Of a stretch of DNA of 64,000 bases, positions 48,501-57,179 are shown one piece after another. Made by a program: the position numbers and the translations under genes. Numbering within the stretch: the stretch's first letter is position 1; every line of letters begins with the position of its first letter. The notes under the pieces are model-generated. The model was given only the letters and a program-made list of their open reading frames with translations. It was not told the DNA's origin and did no database searches. Source of the DNA: Raja brachyura (Eukaryota); assembly GCA_963514005.1 (NCBI GenBank), contig OY740786.1, positions 21,700,001-21,764,000 on the forward strand, written 5' to 3'.

Positions 48501-50601
48501 ACTCAGGCTGCTGTAACAGCACCTCACAAACCCTACACCATGTCAAGCAGGTGCATAACAACTTCACCACGTCAGATTCACCTCCAAGTCACTTGCTATC
48601 CTGATATGGAAACATATTACCTTCGTCATCAGTGGGTCTAAATCTCGGAGCTCTCTATCTGAGAGGAATGTGGGGGTACATTCCGCAGAAGGTCTATAGT
48701 GGCTTTAAAGGACAGCTCACAAGCACTTTCTCAAGAGCAACTAGGAGCGGGAAATTAATGTGAGCAAAGCCTATATCTTCCAAAATATATCAAAAATAAA
48801 TCCCTTGGCGCTGCCCTCCAACCATGTGGCGTTCCCTCAGACTGCCCTTCTGACAGTCTGACAGTCTCGTTCCTGTCATTCCCACAGTGTGGCCCTCCTT
48901 CAGTACTGGCCTTCTAACAGTGCTAACGTCAGGCTAAAGATTTAATTCAAATCTCTCTGAAGCGATAGGACTCATCACCCTCTATCAACACAACTGAAGC
49001 ACAGCTTCAGTTTAGAAGTTTGATGGGACATGGACTATATGCGCGCAAATGGTACTAGCTTAGATGGGACATCTTGGTTGGCATGGACGAGGGGCGCATT
49101 TCCATGTTGTATGAGTCTATATGAGCTCTCTGATGACGGTAGTCAAAGCCCAAAGATATCATGCACTGATGCTCGTATAACATTAGCCTGCTGTCAATGG
49201 CCGTTTGGGAAGAAGTTCATGAATTAGTAGTCAAAAGCATTGCTTGCTGGTGAAGCTTGGGACATTTCCATTACACTTATTAATGATTCACTATGCTACA
49301 GACTCATGCTGCCAATTAAATGGGCACTTATCCTGGATCCTAACTGGACCACTCTCTCTCATGTCCAGGGAAGTGGCTGGTAGTCAGCCTGTGGAGGATA
49401 TCTTGTGATAGGAATTGTCCACTTTTTGTTTCCTACCAAACTGCTTGATTCTACCTTGTTGCTGACAGTTATAGTAAATATCAGGAGTTGGTATATTCTT
49501 CACTCGTTTCATTGCTGTGGTTAAATAATTTAAATAACGCTCTCCTAGCCTGGAATATATCACTTGCCCCGTGTGACACACCCAAGATTAACTCCTAACA
49601 TGCTTTTGATACTTGACATGAAACCATTCCAGGTATAATGGTTGCTTGGCAGTGTGCCTCTGAGTCATGGGCAGAAATCCCAGGGGGGGGGGGGTATGGG
49701 GGACACACACGTCCCCCCCATGTTTTGAGAGGTGGGGGACAATCCCACCCATGTTTTGTATTCCGGATTTTGCAATTCGGTGAAAAAAAATCTATTAATC
49801 CTCCGCTTTCCGTGAAACAGTGGGGGTGTTAAGCGCTTGTTAAATATCTCTATTAACATCGTATTAACACAATGTGTCACCAATTGTGTTTTGACCTTCA
49901 AGTATTACTGAAGGTATTCACAGAGAATTTCTTAAAGCTGTCTGATGCGGGTACAATTACAATTTGAACTAATTGGATATATTGGTGGATGGGAAAGATT
50001 TAAACGGGTATCGGATTTAAATGGGTCAGGTCATTAAGGGCTCCGGTCGAACGGGTTTCCTGGGTGGCTAGCAGGTAAGTCCCTCATTCACGATCACTCA
50101 CGTTATTTGGTATTTTTTCCCATCTCTCTCTAAGCAACACTCTGTTTTATGGTTTCTGCAGACATGTGTCAATAGAGTATACTGACTTTACTCTAGAACG
50201 AGTATAAGAAATGCAAAGGAAGACACAAAATGCTGGAGTAACTCAGCGGGACACGCAGCATCTCTGGACCCTCGACCCGAAACGTCACCCATTCCTTCTC
50301 TCCAGAGACGCTGCTTGTACCGCTGAGTTAATCCAGCATTTTGTGTCTACCTTTGATTTAAACCAGCATCTGCAGTTCTTTCCTACACATAAGAAATGCA
50401 ATGGTATAATTCACTTGAGGAGATGCCAGCTACTTGTCAGAGTGCCACAAACAACAGACCAAAGGCAAATTAACTACTCAGCAAAGGTTCCACTTACCAA
50501 TAATTGAATCCCTTCGAAAGACATCTCTATCAAAAATATAAAACGATAGGTAGCGGAAGCTTCTTGGAATTTCACAATAGAAATCTTCACCATAAAACGG
50601 G
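324..50601 (-). CDS. RASA3: Ras GTPase-activating protein 3 (GAP1-IP4BP), partial multi-exon gene: 19 exons spanning C2A(part)-C2B-RasGAP-PH-Btk
   Basis: 19 exons with canonical AG/GT boundaries and matching phases splice into one open frame (1965 nt). Peptides match RASA3 as I recall it: [44 protein letters not shown] (arginine finger, codon 18127-18129), [51 protein letters not shown]. Exon numbering is inferred from human. Confidence 0.96.
1124..1206 (-). CDS. RASA3: RASA3 exon ~20 (PH), 83 nt
   Basis: ttag|GCGACCAC...ATGAAAAAT|gtgag; (G)[27 protein letters not shown]. Confidence 0.95.
2426..2532 (-). CDS. RASA3: RASA3 exon ~19 (PH N-terminus, basic loop), 107 nt
   Basis: tttag|GTGTATG...CACAAAG|gtgaag; [35 protein letters not shown]. 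Confidence 0.95.
4085..4780 (+). mobile_element. CR1 3' fragment
   Basis: LEYCVQFWS..., 3' UTR gatcagccatgaccatattgaatggcgg. Confidence 0.88.
5567..6006 (-). mobile_element. tRNA-derived V-SINE (HE1-like)
   Basis: tRNA-like head with A/B boxes, central V-domain, CR1-like tail gggccgaagggcct...ctaaac. Confidence 0.85.
5686..5819 (+). mobile_element. Penelope pLTR fragment inserted in an HE1 SINE with 12-bp TSD
   Basis: AGAGACAATTTA at 5674-5685 and 5820-5831 flanks a degenerate hammerhead/pLTR segment. Confidence 0.75.
6170..6243 (-). CDS. RASA3: RASA3 exon ~18, 74 nt
   Basis: tgaag|TTCCTAGAT...GAAGG|gtgagt; [25 protein letters not shown]. Confidence 0.93.
6948..7264 (+). mobile_element. 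HE1-like V-SINE
   Basis: Same head/core/tail structure. Confidence 0.85.
7661..7738 (-). CDS. RASA3: RASA3 exon ~17, 78 nt
   Basis: gcag|GCAAGT...AGAAAC|gtaagt; [26 protein letters not shown]. Confidence 0.94.
7947..8160 (-). mobile_element. CR1 3' end with (CTATTGT)n tail
   Basis: caatagacaatagac tail plus 3' UTR. Confidence 0.85.
8165..8890. repeat. Unclassified CpG-rich interspersed-repeat-like block
   Basis: Abrupt GC/CpG-rich block between two LINE ends; no recognisable protein in its overlapping ORFs. Confidence 0.45.
8905..9054 (+). mobile_element. L2-type LINE 3' end with (TGACT)n tail
   Basis: tgtaaagcactttgg...aaatgtgctatataaataaa + (cttga)n. Confidence 0.7.
9597..9936 (-). mobile_element. 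HE1-like V-SINE (5' tip displaced to 12756-12770 by the DNA element)
   Basis: Core and tail recognisable; head continues after the insertion. Confidence 0.8.
11040..11993 (+). repeat. G-rich degenerate minisatellite (~20-22 bp unit, CAGTACAGGATGAATGGGGGG-like)
   Basis: Many copies of (t)cagtacaggatg(a/g)atgggg with poly-G runs; runs into the assembly gap. Confidence 0.85.
11994..12208. other. Assembly gap (215 N)
   Basis: Run of n. Confidence 0.99.
13478..13716. repeat. Fold-back (inverted) Penelope pLTR pair
   Basis: Arms agatagacacaaaatactggtgtaactcagc... and ...ctgagttactccagcattttgtgtctatct; similar fold-backs at ~20266-20620, 24495-24690, 24697-24895, 36852-37000, 42753-42950, 44135-44292, 50220-50388. 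Confidence 0.75.
13583..13616 (+). ncRNA. Minimal type I hammerhead ribozyme motif in a Penelope pLTR fragment
   Basis: GT-CTGAAGA-AG-GGGTTTGACCC (stem II)-GAAAC-GTC-AC: CUGANGA and GAAA boxes, palindromic ACGT stem III, GUC triplet; stem I is very short. Confidence 0.65.
13813..13890 (-). CDS. RASA3: RASA3 exon ~16, 78 nt
   Basis: ttcag|GACCCG...AAGTCT|gtaagt; [26 protein letters not shown]. Confidence 0.94.
15033..15139 (-). CDS. RASA3: RASA3 exon ~15 (RasGAP FLR motif), 107 nt
   Basis: ctag|ATGATCTA...CATCCA|gtaagt; (D)[35 protein letters not shown]. Confidence 0.95.
16320..16443 (-). CDS. RASA3: RASA3 exon ~14, 124 nt
   Basis: acag|GATAAC...TTCCAAG|gtagcg; [41 protein letters not shown]. 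Confidence 0.95.
16640..17030 (+). mobile_element. CR1 3' fragment
   Basis: [22 protein letters not shown] + 3' UTR. Confidence 0.85.
17346..17420 (-). CDS. RASA3: RASA3 exon ~13, 75 nt
   Basis: acag|ATATGT...AACATG|gtgag; [25 protein letters not shown]. Confidence 0.94.
17745..17980. repeat. Degenerate (TG)n/(TA)n low-complexity tract
   Basis: gtgt/atgt repeats. Confidence 0.8.
18034..18148 (-). CDS. RASA3: RASA3 exon ~12 (arginine finger), 115 nt
   Basis: ccag|AGATCCT...GACGAG|gtaac; [38 protein letters not shown]. Confidence 0.95.
18311..18803 (+). mobile_element. HE1-like V-SINE interrupted by the MITE
   Basis: Head 18311-18395, core/tail 18583-18803. Confidence 0.85.
18396..18579. 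mobile_element. PIF/Harbinger-type MITE (184 bp) nested in an HE1 SINE
   Basis: Perfect 43-bp TIRs (18396-18438 / 18537-18579), TTA duplicated at 18393-5 and 18580-2, repeated GGAAACC/GGTTTCC motifs. Confidence 0.85.
19284..19432 (-). CDS. RASA3: RASA3 exon ~11, 149 nt
   Basis: acag|CCCGTT...ACCTT|gtaagt; [49 protein letters not shown](L). Confidence 0.95.
19460..19945. repeat. GA-rich low-complexity tract (pyrimidine-rich in the pre-mRNA, just upstream of exon ~11); similar tract at 37560-37770
   Basis: Purine-rich + strand. Confidence 0.75.
20806..21400. mobile_element. Two old HE1-like SINEs tail-to-tail (+ 20806-21080; - 21085-21400)
   Basis: Degenerate V-domain and tails in opposite orientation. 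Confidence 0.65.
21663..23300. mobile_element. Triple-nested CR1 cluster (outer -, inner + 21880-23165, innermost - 22830-23115)
   Basis: RT and 3' UTR segments in alternating orientation with CTATTGT tails. Confidence 0.8.
23417..23570 (-). CDS. RASA3: RASA3 exon ~10, 154 nt
   Basis: acag|GTACTTT...GCTGAG|gtacga; (W)[51 protein letters not shown]. Confidence 0.94.
24220..24324 (-). CDS. RASA3: RASA3 exon ~9 (C2B), 105 nt
   Basis: ccag|GATTGGA...GCTTG|gtaatt; (R)[34 protein letters not shown](W). Confidence 0.94.
24604..24637 (+). ncRNA. Minimal hammerhead ribozyme motif in a Penelope pLTR fragment
   Basis: CTGAAGA-A-AGGT CCTG ACCT-GAAAC-GTC; core intact, stem I weak. Confidence 0.55.
25143..25790 (+). 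mobile_element. CR1 3' end with a second CR1 3' end (~25243-25547) nested in it
   Basis: Two 3' UTRs; the outer element resumes at tttagtcagaggtggtg. Confidence 0.8.
26770..27525 (+). mobile_element. Penelope-like element fragment (ORF remnant + 3' pLTR)
   Basis: [39 protein letters not shown] remnant, [20 protein letters not shown] remnant, pLTR with degenerate hammerhead at ~27392-27425; 34-bp tandem x2.5 at 26776-26860. Confidence 0.8.
27639..27715 (-). CDS. RASA3: RASA3 exon ~8, 77 nt
   Basis: gcag|GTGACG...ATCAG|gtaag; [25 protein letters not shown](R). Confidence 0.94.
28690..29130 (-). mobile_element. Rex1/Babar-type LINE 3' fragment
   Basis: [26 protein letters not shown]; related pieces near 2600-2680 and 12960-13290. 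Confidence 0.7.
29977..30049 (-). CDS. RASA3: RASA3 exon ~7, 73 nt
   Basis: ttag|GTCAGAG...TTTGAG|gtaagt; (R)[24 protein letters not shown]. Confidence 0.94.
31329..31409 (-). CDS. RASA3: RASA3 exon ~6, 81 nt
   Basis: ccag|TGTTTTA...TCCAG|gtatcc; (R)[26 protein letters not shown](R). Confidence 0.94.
32527..32817 (+). mobile_element. HE1-like V-SINE
   Basis: Full head/core/tail. Confidence 0.85.
34340..34880 (-). mobile_element. CR1 3' fragment
   Basis: [22 protein letters not shown]...FFSQRV. Confidence 0.88.
35929..36005 (-). CDS. RASA3: RASA3 exon ~5, 77 nt
   Basis: tcag|GGCAAA...ACACG|gtaag; [25 protein letters not shown](R). Confidence 0.94.
36175..36473 (+). mobile_element. HE1-like V-SINE
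   Basis: Full head/core/tail. Confidence 0.85.
39871..39965 (-). CDS. RASA3: RASA3 exon ~4, 95 nt
   Basis: gcag|GGAAGGTT...GTTCAG|gtgagt; (G)[31 protein letters not shown]. Confidence 0.95.
40110..40445 (+). mobile_element. Penelope-like ORF remnant
   Basis: [22 protein letters not shown]...VRQRFTC, a Cys-rich segment as found before the GIY-YIG domain. Confidence 0.75.
40575..40995 (-). mobile_element. RTE-clade 5'-UTR-derived non-autonomous element; older related copy at ~41440-41705
   Basis: Minus strand begins ggattgtcaccttgtcgtggtggag...ggtagggccacccatggc...gaggtctctgacaaagag, resembling RTE 5' ends; the two copies align by eye. Confidence 0.6.
43815..43940 (+). mobile_element. Ancient DeuSINE (SacSINE1/AmnSINE-like) relic
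   Basis: ggctcagt...ctctgagtca...actgagggaatgctgcactgtca; related bits at ~7515-7545, 14570-14680, 15620-15670, 42680-42730, 48820-48950. Confidence 0.5.
44736..45044 (+). mobile_element. HE1-like V-SINE
   Basis: Full head/core/tail. Confidence 0.85.
45045..47450 (+). mobile_element. Old CR1 ORF2/3' region with a nested SINE and a younger CR1 (46323-46795, TSD TTCCTGAT, (TATATGGT)n tail)
   Basis: [20 protein letters not shown]; TTCCTGAT at 46315-46322 and 46796-46803. Confidence 0.82.
45470..45770 (-). mobile_element. HE1-like V-SINE nested in a CR1
   Basis: Full SINE in reverse, splitting CR1 RT sequence. Confidence 0.8.
47640..48760 (+). mobile_element. Ancient CR1/L2-group LINE RT remnant
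   Basis: [52 protein letters not shown]. Confidence 0.75.
49666..49840. mobile_element. Possible solo terminus of a DNA transposon
   Basis: CATGGGCAGAAATCCCAGGGGG...GGGGACACACACGTCCCCCC subterminal hairpin; no partner end found. Confidence 0.4.
50498..50601 (-). CDS. RASA3: RASA3 exon ~3 (C2A), 104 nt
   Basis: tcag|CCCGTTT...ATTATTG|gtaagt; [34 protein letters not shown](G). Confidence 0.95.
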
Positions 50602-51963
50602 CTGAAATGAGATATTATTCTTTCTTAGTTTACTTCAGCAATGGAAGATAAAAAACATGTTTTTTTAAATAAACAGACACCATTAGAAGTCTGATGTAGA
50701 GTCTGAAGAAGGGTCCCAATCCGAACCGTCACCTACTATGTTCATCAGAGATGCTACCTGACCCGCTGAGTTATTCCAGCACTTTGTCTCTTTTTTTGTA
50801 AACTAGCGTATGCAGTCCCCTGTTTCTACTGTTTGAAAACCTTCAGATTGCATGCAGTCAACAGGTTGTTAGTCAAGGTGGTGCCATGATGTCTAGATGT
50901 CAAGACCAACTCTTATCTGCCTGCACTTAATTTATATCTCTCCATTATCTGAATATCCTTGTGCCTATCTAAGTCTCTTAAATGCCACTGTCGTATCAGC
51001 ATCCACCACCACCTCCAGCAGTACGTTCGAGGTACTCACCCCCGCTATGTAAAAAAAAGTATCCCACACATTTCCTTTGTCCTTCTCACCTTAAAACTAT
51101 GCCCTCCAGTTTTTCATATTTCTATTCTACGCTGTCTATGTCTCATAATATTACATACTATGTATCATTATACATTAAATATCATTCCATTGAGTGTGAA
51201 TAAATGCAAAGTGAAAGATCAGAAGATAACTGTATGCAGACTAATGACACTGCCAAAGGTAATCTGTACAGAATAAGACTGCAAGGAATATGGAAGCAAG
51301 TTTGAAATGGCCACTTGCTGGAACATTTTAGTTTAAATGGACAGTAGCTGGAACTAGCTGCAAGGCAATTAATGTCAGCTTCTAGAGTCCGCAAGAAAGG
51401 TGTTGAGTTTGATGCTTCAAATTCGAAAATTATTCACCGATGCCAATTACTTGCTCAGTGCATTTGTTGCTTAAATTACAGCAGTAGGTTTCCGAATGGT
51501 GGAGACAAAATTCACAATGGAATTGGCAGCACACAGGTGACGGATCAGAAAAGGCCATTCAGCCGTACACACCTTCCCTCCAAAGCATTCACACGGAAGC
51601 CGACGTGCATTTCTGTTGCGTCTTTCACCTCCTCAGTATGCCCCAAAGCATTGAAGCCAATGATGCAGTGTACCAATGAAAGGCATACAGCAGCACATTT
51701 GTACAAAGATAGTTCCCACAAATCACAATGACCAGAAATTCCATTTTTAAGTGTTGGTCAAAGGAGATATTTTGTGAGTTAACAGAGAGGATTGAGGTTT
51801 TGTGAAGATTTTGACATTTTGGGTCAAGCCCCTTCTTCAGATCAGCTTGAAGAAGTCCTGACACAAAACTTCACCTATCCATGTTCTTCTAGGCCTGATC
51901 TACTGAATTACTCCAACACTTTGTGTCTTTTTTTATAAACCAGCATCTGTAGTTCCATGTTTC

Positions 51964-52017
51964 TAAACTAACTAACTAACCCAAGCAACCAACTAACTAC
52001 CCAACTAACTAACTAAC
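51964..52017. repeat. (AACT)n microsatellite, imperfect
   Basis: taactaactaac repeats. Confidence 0.85.
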
Positions 52018-52224
52018 TCTTCATAGAATCAATAGTCCAAAAGGCTAGAAGTTGTGGTAAATCCCAGTAAACACACATTTAACACCAGTTGGAATACTGT
52101 GTCCGGTGTTGGACACAAGACTAAAAGGACTCTGAGAGCTAACAGACGAGAAGATTCATGGATATTCTCAATATCTCCATGACCCATGGCTGCTCAAAAT
52201 TGACAGGGTGCACTCAGGATGGTA

Positions 52225-53798
52225 CAGTGCATTCAGAAAGTATTCAGACCCTTTCACTCTGTCCACATTTTGTTACGTTACAGCACAATTTTAAAATGAA
52301 TTTAATTTTTTTTTATCATTAAACTACACACAATACCCCAGAATGAAGATGCGAAAACAGGTGTTTAGAAATTTTTGCAAAGTCATTCAAAATAAATAAC
52401 TGAAATATCACAGTTCCATAAGTATTCAGACACTTTGCCATGACACTCGCAATTGAATTTAGGTTTATCCTGTTTCCATTGATTATCCTTGAGATGTTTC
52501 TACACCTTGATTGGAGTCCGCCAGTAGTAATTTAAATTGATTGGACATGATTTGGAAAGGCACACACCTGTCTATGTAAGGTCCCACAGTTGACAGTGCA
52601 TGTCACAGCAAAAGCCAAGCCATGAAGACAAAAGAATTGTCCGTAGACCTACAAGACAGGATTGTGTTGAGACACAGATCTGGGGAAGGGTATAAAACAA
52701 TTTTTGCAGCATTGCAGGTCCCGAAGAGCTCAGTGGCCTCCGTCAATTCTTAAATGGAAGAACTTTGGAACCACCAGGACTCTTCATAGACCTGGCTGCC
52801 CGGCCAAACTGAGCAATCGGGGGAGAAGGGCCTTGGTCAGGGAGGTGACCAAGAACCTGATGGTCACTCTGACAGAGCTCCAGAGTTCCTCTGTGGAGAT
52901 GGGAGAACCTTCCGGACAGACAAGCATATCTGCAGCTCTCCACCAATCAGGCCTTTATGGTAGAGTGGCCAGACGGAAGCCACTCCTCTGTAAAAGGCAC
53001 ATGACAGCCTGCTTGGAGTTTGCCAAAAGGCATGAGAAACAAGATTCTCTGGTCTGATGAAACCAAGATTGAACTCTTTGGCTTAAATGCCAAGCGTCAC
53101 GTCTGGAGGAAACCAGACACCGCTCTTCACCCGGCCCATACCATACCTACGGTGAAACATGGTGGTAGCAGCATCATGCTGTGGGGATGTTTTTCAGTGG
53201 TAGGAACTGGGAAACTAGTCAGGATCGAGGGAAAAATGATCGGAGCAAAGTACAGAGAGATCCTTGATGAAAACCTGCTCCAGAGCGTTTTGGACCTCAG
53301 ACTGGGGCAGAGGTTCACATTCCACAGGACAACGACCCTAAGCACACAGCCAAGACAACGCAGGAGTGGCTTCATGACAAGTCTATGAATGTCCTTGAGT
53401 GACCCAGCCAGAGACTGGACTTGAACCCGATCGAACATCTCTGGAGAGACCTGAGAATAGCTCCCCATCCAACCTGACAGAGCTTGAGAGGATCTGCAGA
53501 GAAGAATGGGAGAAATTACCCAAATACAGGTATGCCAAGCTTGTAGCATCATACCCAAGAAGACTTGAGGCTGTAATCGCTGCCAAAGGTGCCTCAACAA
53601 AGTACTGAGTAAAGGGTCTGAATACTTATGTAAATGTGATATTTCAGTTATTTATTTTTAATTACTTTGCTTTTTTTATTATGGGGTATTGGGTGTAGAT
53701 TGATGATAAGAAAAATAATTTAATCCATTTTAGAATAAGGCTGTAACGTAACAAAATGTGGAAAAGTGAAGGGGTCTGAATACTTTCTGAATGCACTG
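52225..53798 (+). mobile_element. Tc1/mariner DNA transposon, IR/DR type, full length, transposase pseudogene 52622-53608
   Basis: TA target duplications at 52223-4 and 53799-800; CAGTGCATTCAGAAAGTATTCAGACC TIRs with inner direct repeats (~52414-52438, ~53609-53633); MKTKELSVDL start, [36 protein letters not shown] (DDE triad); frameshifts and short deletions. Confidence 0.95.
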
Positions 53799-54580
53799 TA
53801 GAGTATCTTGAGCATCACGAACCAGGAGCACACAGTGGTCCAGCATAAAATGGTGCAAGGCGCATACCACCTCACAAACTACTCACCCACTTGGCCCATC
53901 CCGCACAATCTGTTATTCTGTATTTGTATTGTACTTTAATGTTCTGTTTGGCATTGCTTCAGATTGCACTGCAATCTATTGCACGGTTCTGCTGTTTTGC
54001 ATTCATTGTTGTATTTGTTGTATCTATCGCTACTATGTATATGTTTGCTCCTGTGAGCTTCGTGAGAAGGATGAATTTTATTACATCCTTGTGAGTATGA
54101 CAATAACCATCTGAATCTGTATCTGAGGTTACATTTTAATCAAATAACCTAACCAATTAATTTGATTGCTCTTTTAAAGAGCTAGGTACGTAAGTAAGTA
54201 AGTTTATTGGCCAAGTATTCACATACAAGGAATTTGCCTTGGTGCTGTGCAAAGAATTTGTCTTGGTAGGCCTGAATAGTAAGAGTAAAATGAGAACTTA
54301 CCAGTTTGAAGTTTGATCTTTATTTTATGAGGAGTTACGATGAGGGATTACGTGAAGACCCCCCCAGCACGCGTGCGCAACATTCTTCAAAGCAGTGGTG
54401 TGAAATCACAGATACCAAAGTTGACTAACATAGTAAGATAAGAGAGAACTTTATATACCAGTTGACCTTTATAATAAGAGAGTTTGGGAGCAGAGGGCAC
54501 GTAATCCCTCATCGTAACTCCTCATAAAATAAAGATCAAACTTCAAACTGGTAAGTTCTCATTTAATCTTAATATTTTAC

Positions 54581-56991
54581 ATAGAAACATAGAAACATAG
54601 AAAATAGGTGCAGGAGTAGGCCATTCGGCCCTTCGAGCCTGCACCGCCATTCAATGTGATCATGGCTGATCATCCAACTCAGTATCCCGTACCTGCCTTC
54701 TCTCCATACCCCCTGATCCCTTTAGCCACAAGTGCCACATCTAACGCCCTCTTAAATATAGCCAATGAACTGGCCTCAACTACCTTCTGTGGCAGAGAAT
54801 TCCAGAGACTCACCACTCTCTGTCTAAAGAATGTTTTCCTCATTTCGGTCCTAAAGGAATTCCCCCTTATCCTTAGACTGTGACCCCTTGTTCTGGACAC
54901 CCCCAACATCGGGAACAATCTTCCAGCATCTAGCTTGTCCAACCCCTTAAGAATTTTGTAAGTTTCTATAAGATCCCCCCTCAATCTTCTAAATTCCAGC
55001 GAGTACAAGCCGAGTCTATCCAGTCTTTCTTCATATGGAAGTCCTGCCATCCCAGGAATCAGTCCGGTGAACCTTCTCTGTACTCCCTCAATGGCAAGAA
55101 TGTCTTTCCTCAGAGACCAAAACTGTACGCAATACTCCAGGTGTGGCCTCACCAAGACCTTGTACAACTGAAGTAGAACCTCCCGGCTCTTGTACTCAAA
55201 TCCTTTTGCTATGAATGCCAACATACCATTCGCTTTCTTCACAGCCTGCTGCACCTGCATGCCTACTTTCAATGACTGGTGTACCATGACACCCAGGTCT
55301 CGTTGCATCTCCCCCTTTCCTAATCTGCCACCATTCAGATAATAGTCTACCCTCATGTTTTTGCCACCAAAGTGGATAACCTCACATTTATCCACATTAT
55401 ACTGCATCTGCCATGCATCTGCCAATTCACTCAGCCTATCCAAATCACCCTGCAGCCTCCAAGCATCCTCCTCACACCTAACTATACCCCCCAGCTTGGT
55501 ATCATCTGCAAATTTGGAGATGTTGCATTGAATTCCCTCGTCCAAATCATTAATATATATTATAAATAGCTGGGGTCCCAGCACTGAGCCTTGCGGCACC
55601 CCACTAGTCACTGCCTGCCATTCTGAAAAGGACCCGTTTACTCCTACCCTTTGCCTCCTGTCTGCTAGCCAGTTCTCTATCCACATCAATACTGAACCCC
55701 CAATACCGTGTGCTTTAAGTTTGTATGCTAATCTCTTATGCGGGACCTTGTCGAAAGCCTTCTGAAAGTCTAGATATAACACATCCACTGGTTCTCCCTT
55801 ATCCACTCTACTAGTTACATCCTCAAAAAATTCTATCAGATTTGTCAGACATGATTTACCTTTCGTAAATCCATGCTGACTTTGTCCAATGATTTCACCA
55901 CTTTCCAAGTGCGCTGCTATCCCATCTTTAATAACTGACTCTAGCAGTTTCCCCACTACCGATGTTAGACTAACTGGTCTGTAATTCCCCGCTTTCTCTC
56001 TCCCTCCTTTTTTAAAAAGTGGGGTTACATTAGCTACCCTCCAATCCTCAGGAACTACTCCAGAATCTAAGGAATTTTGAAAAATTATCACTAATGCATC
56101 CACTATTTCTGTGGCTACCTCCTTGAGTACTCTGGGATGCAGACTATCTGGCCCTGGGGATTTATCGGCCTTCAATCCGTTCAATTTATCCAACACCACC
56201 TCCCGGCTAACCTGGATTTCACTCAGTTCCTCCATCTTATTTGACCCCCGTTCCACTGCTATTTCCGGCAGATTATTTATGTCTTCCTTAGTGAAGACAG
56301 AACCAAAGTAGTTATTCAATTGGTCTGCCATGTCCTTGTTCCCCATGATCAATTCACCTGTTTCTGACTGCAAGGGACCAACATTTGTTTTAACTAGTCT
56401 CTTTCTCTTCACATATCTATAAAAACTTTTGCAGTCAGTTTTTATGTTCCCTGCCAGTTTCCTTTCATAATCTATTTTCCCTTTCCTAATTAAGCCCTTT
56501 GTCCTCCTCTGCTGCATTCTGAATTTCTCCCAGTCCTCCGGTAGGCTGCTTTTTCTGGCAAATTTGTATGCCTCATCTTTTGTTTTTATACTATCCCTGA
56601 TTTCCCTTGTTATCCATGGATGCACCACCTTCCCCGATTTATTCTTTTGCCAAACTGGTATGAACAACTTTTGTACTTCATCCATGCAGTCTTTAAATAC
56701 CTTCCATTGCACATCCACTGTCAACCCTTTAAGAATCACCTGCCAGTCTATCTTGGCCAATTCACATCTCATACCTTCAAAGTTACCTTTGTTCAAGTTC
56801 AGAACCCTTGTTTCTGACTTAATTTTGTCACTCTCCATCCTAAAGAAGAACTCAACCATATTATGGTCACTCTTGCCCAAGGGGCCACGCACAACAAGAC
56901 TGCTAACTAACCCTTCCTCATTACTCAATACCCAGTCTAGAATAGCCTGCTCTCTCGTTGGTTCCTCCACATGTTGGTTGAGAAAACCAAC
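54581..56991 (-). mobile_element. CR1 LINE (HER1-like), 5'-truncated, young, nested in the DIRS ICR
   Basis: Uninterrupted 763-codon ORF2 fragment 54679-56970 (APE C-terminus [29 protein letters not shown]), 3' UTR and (TTCTATGT)n tail; ATTTTAC duplicated at 54574-54580 and 56992-56998. Confidence 0.95.
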
Positions 56992-57179
56992 ATTTTACTT
57001 CGGAGTCACGTGAGTGACTACGTGAAGATTTCAAAGCTCTGTGATTTCATGCCCTGGAACGAGTCCATGCTCACACACTGCCAAGCTATGATGTAACGTA
57101 TTTCAGACATGAAACTGTGCTGAAAAACAAAAAGGTTTTTATTTCATACATAAAATAATAATGCCCCTACATTGGGTAA

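Noticed and set aside
52120-52140. ctaaaaggactctgag resembles the segment deleted from the Tc1 transposase
   Set aside because: It lies in a decayed CR1 fragment (ggaatactgtgtcc..); coincidental.
56564-57013. Plus-strand ORFs antisense to CR1 and DIRS coding regions
   Set aside because: Shadow ORFs of the minus-strand coding frames.
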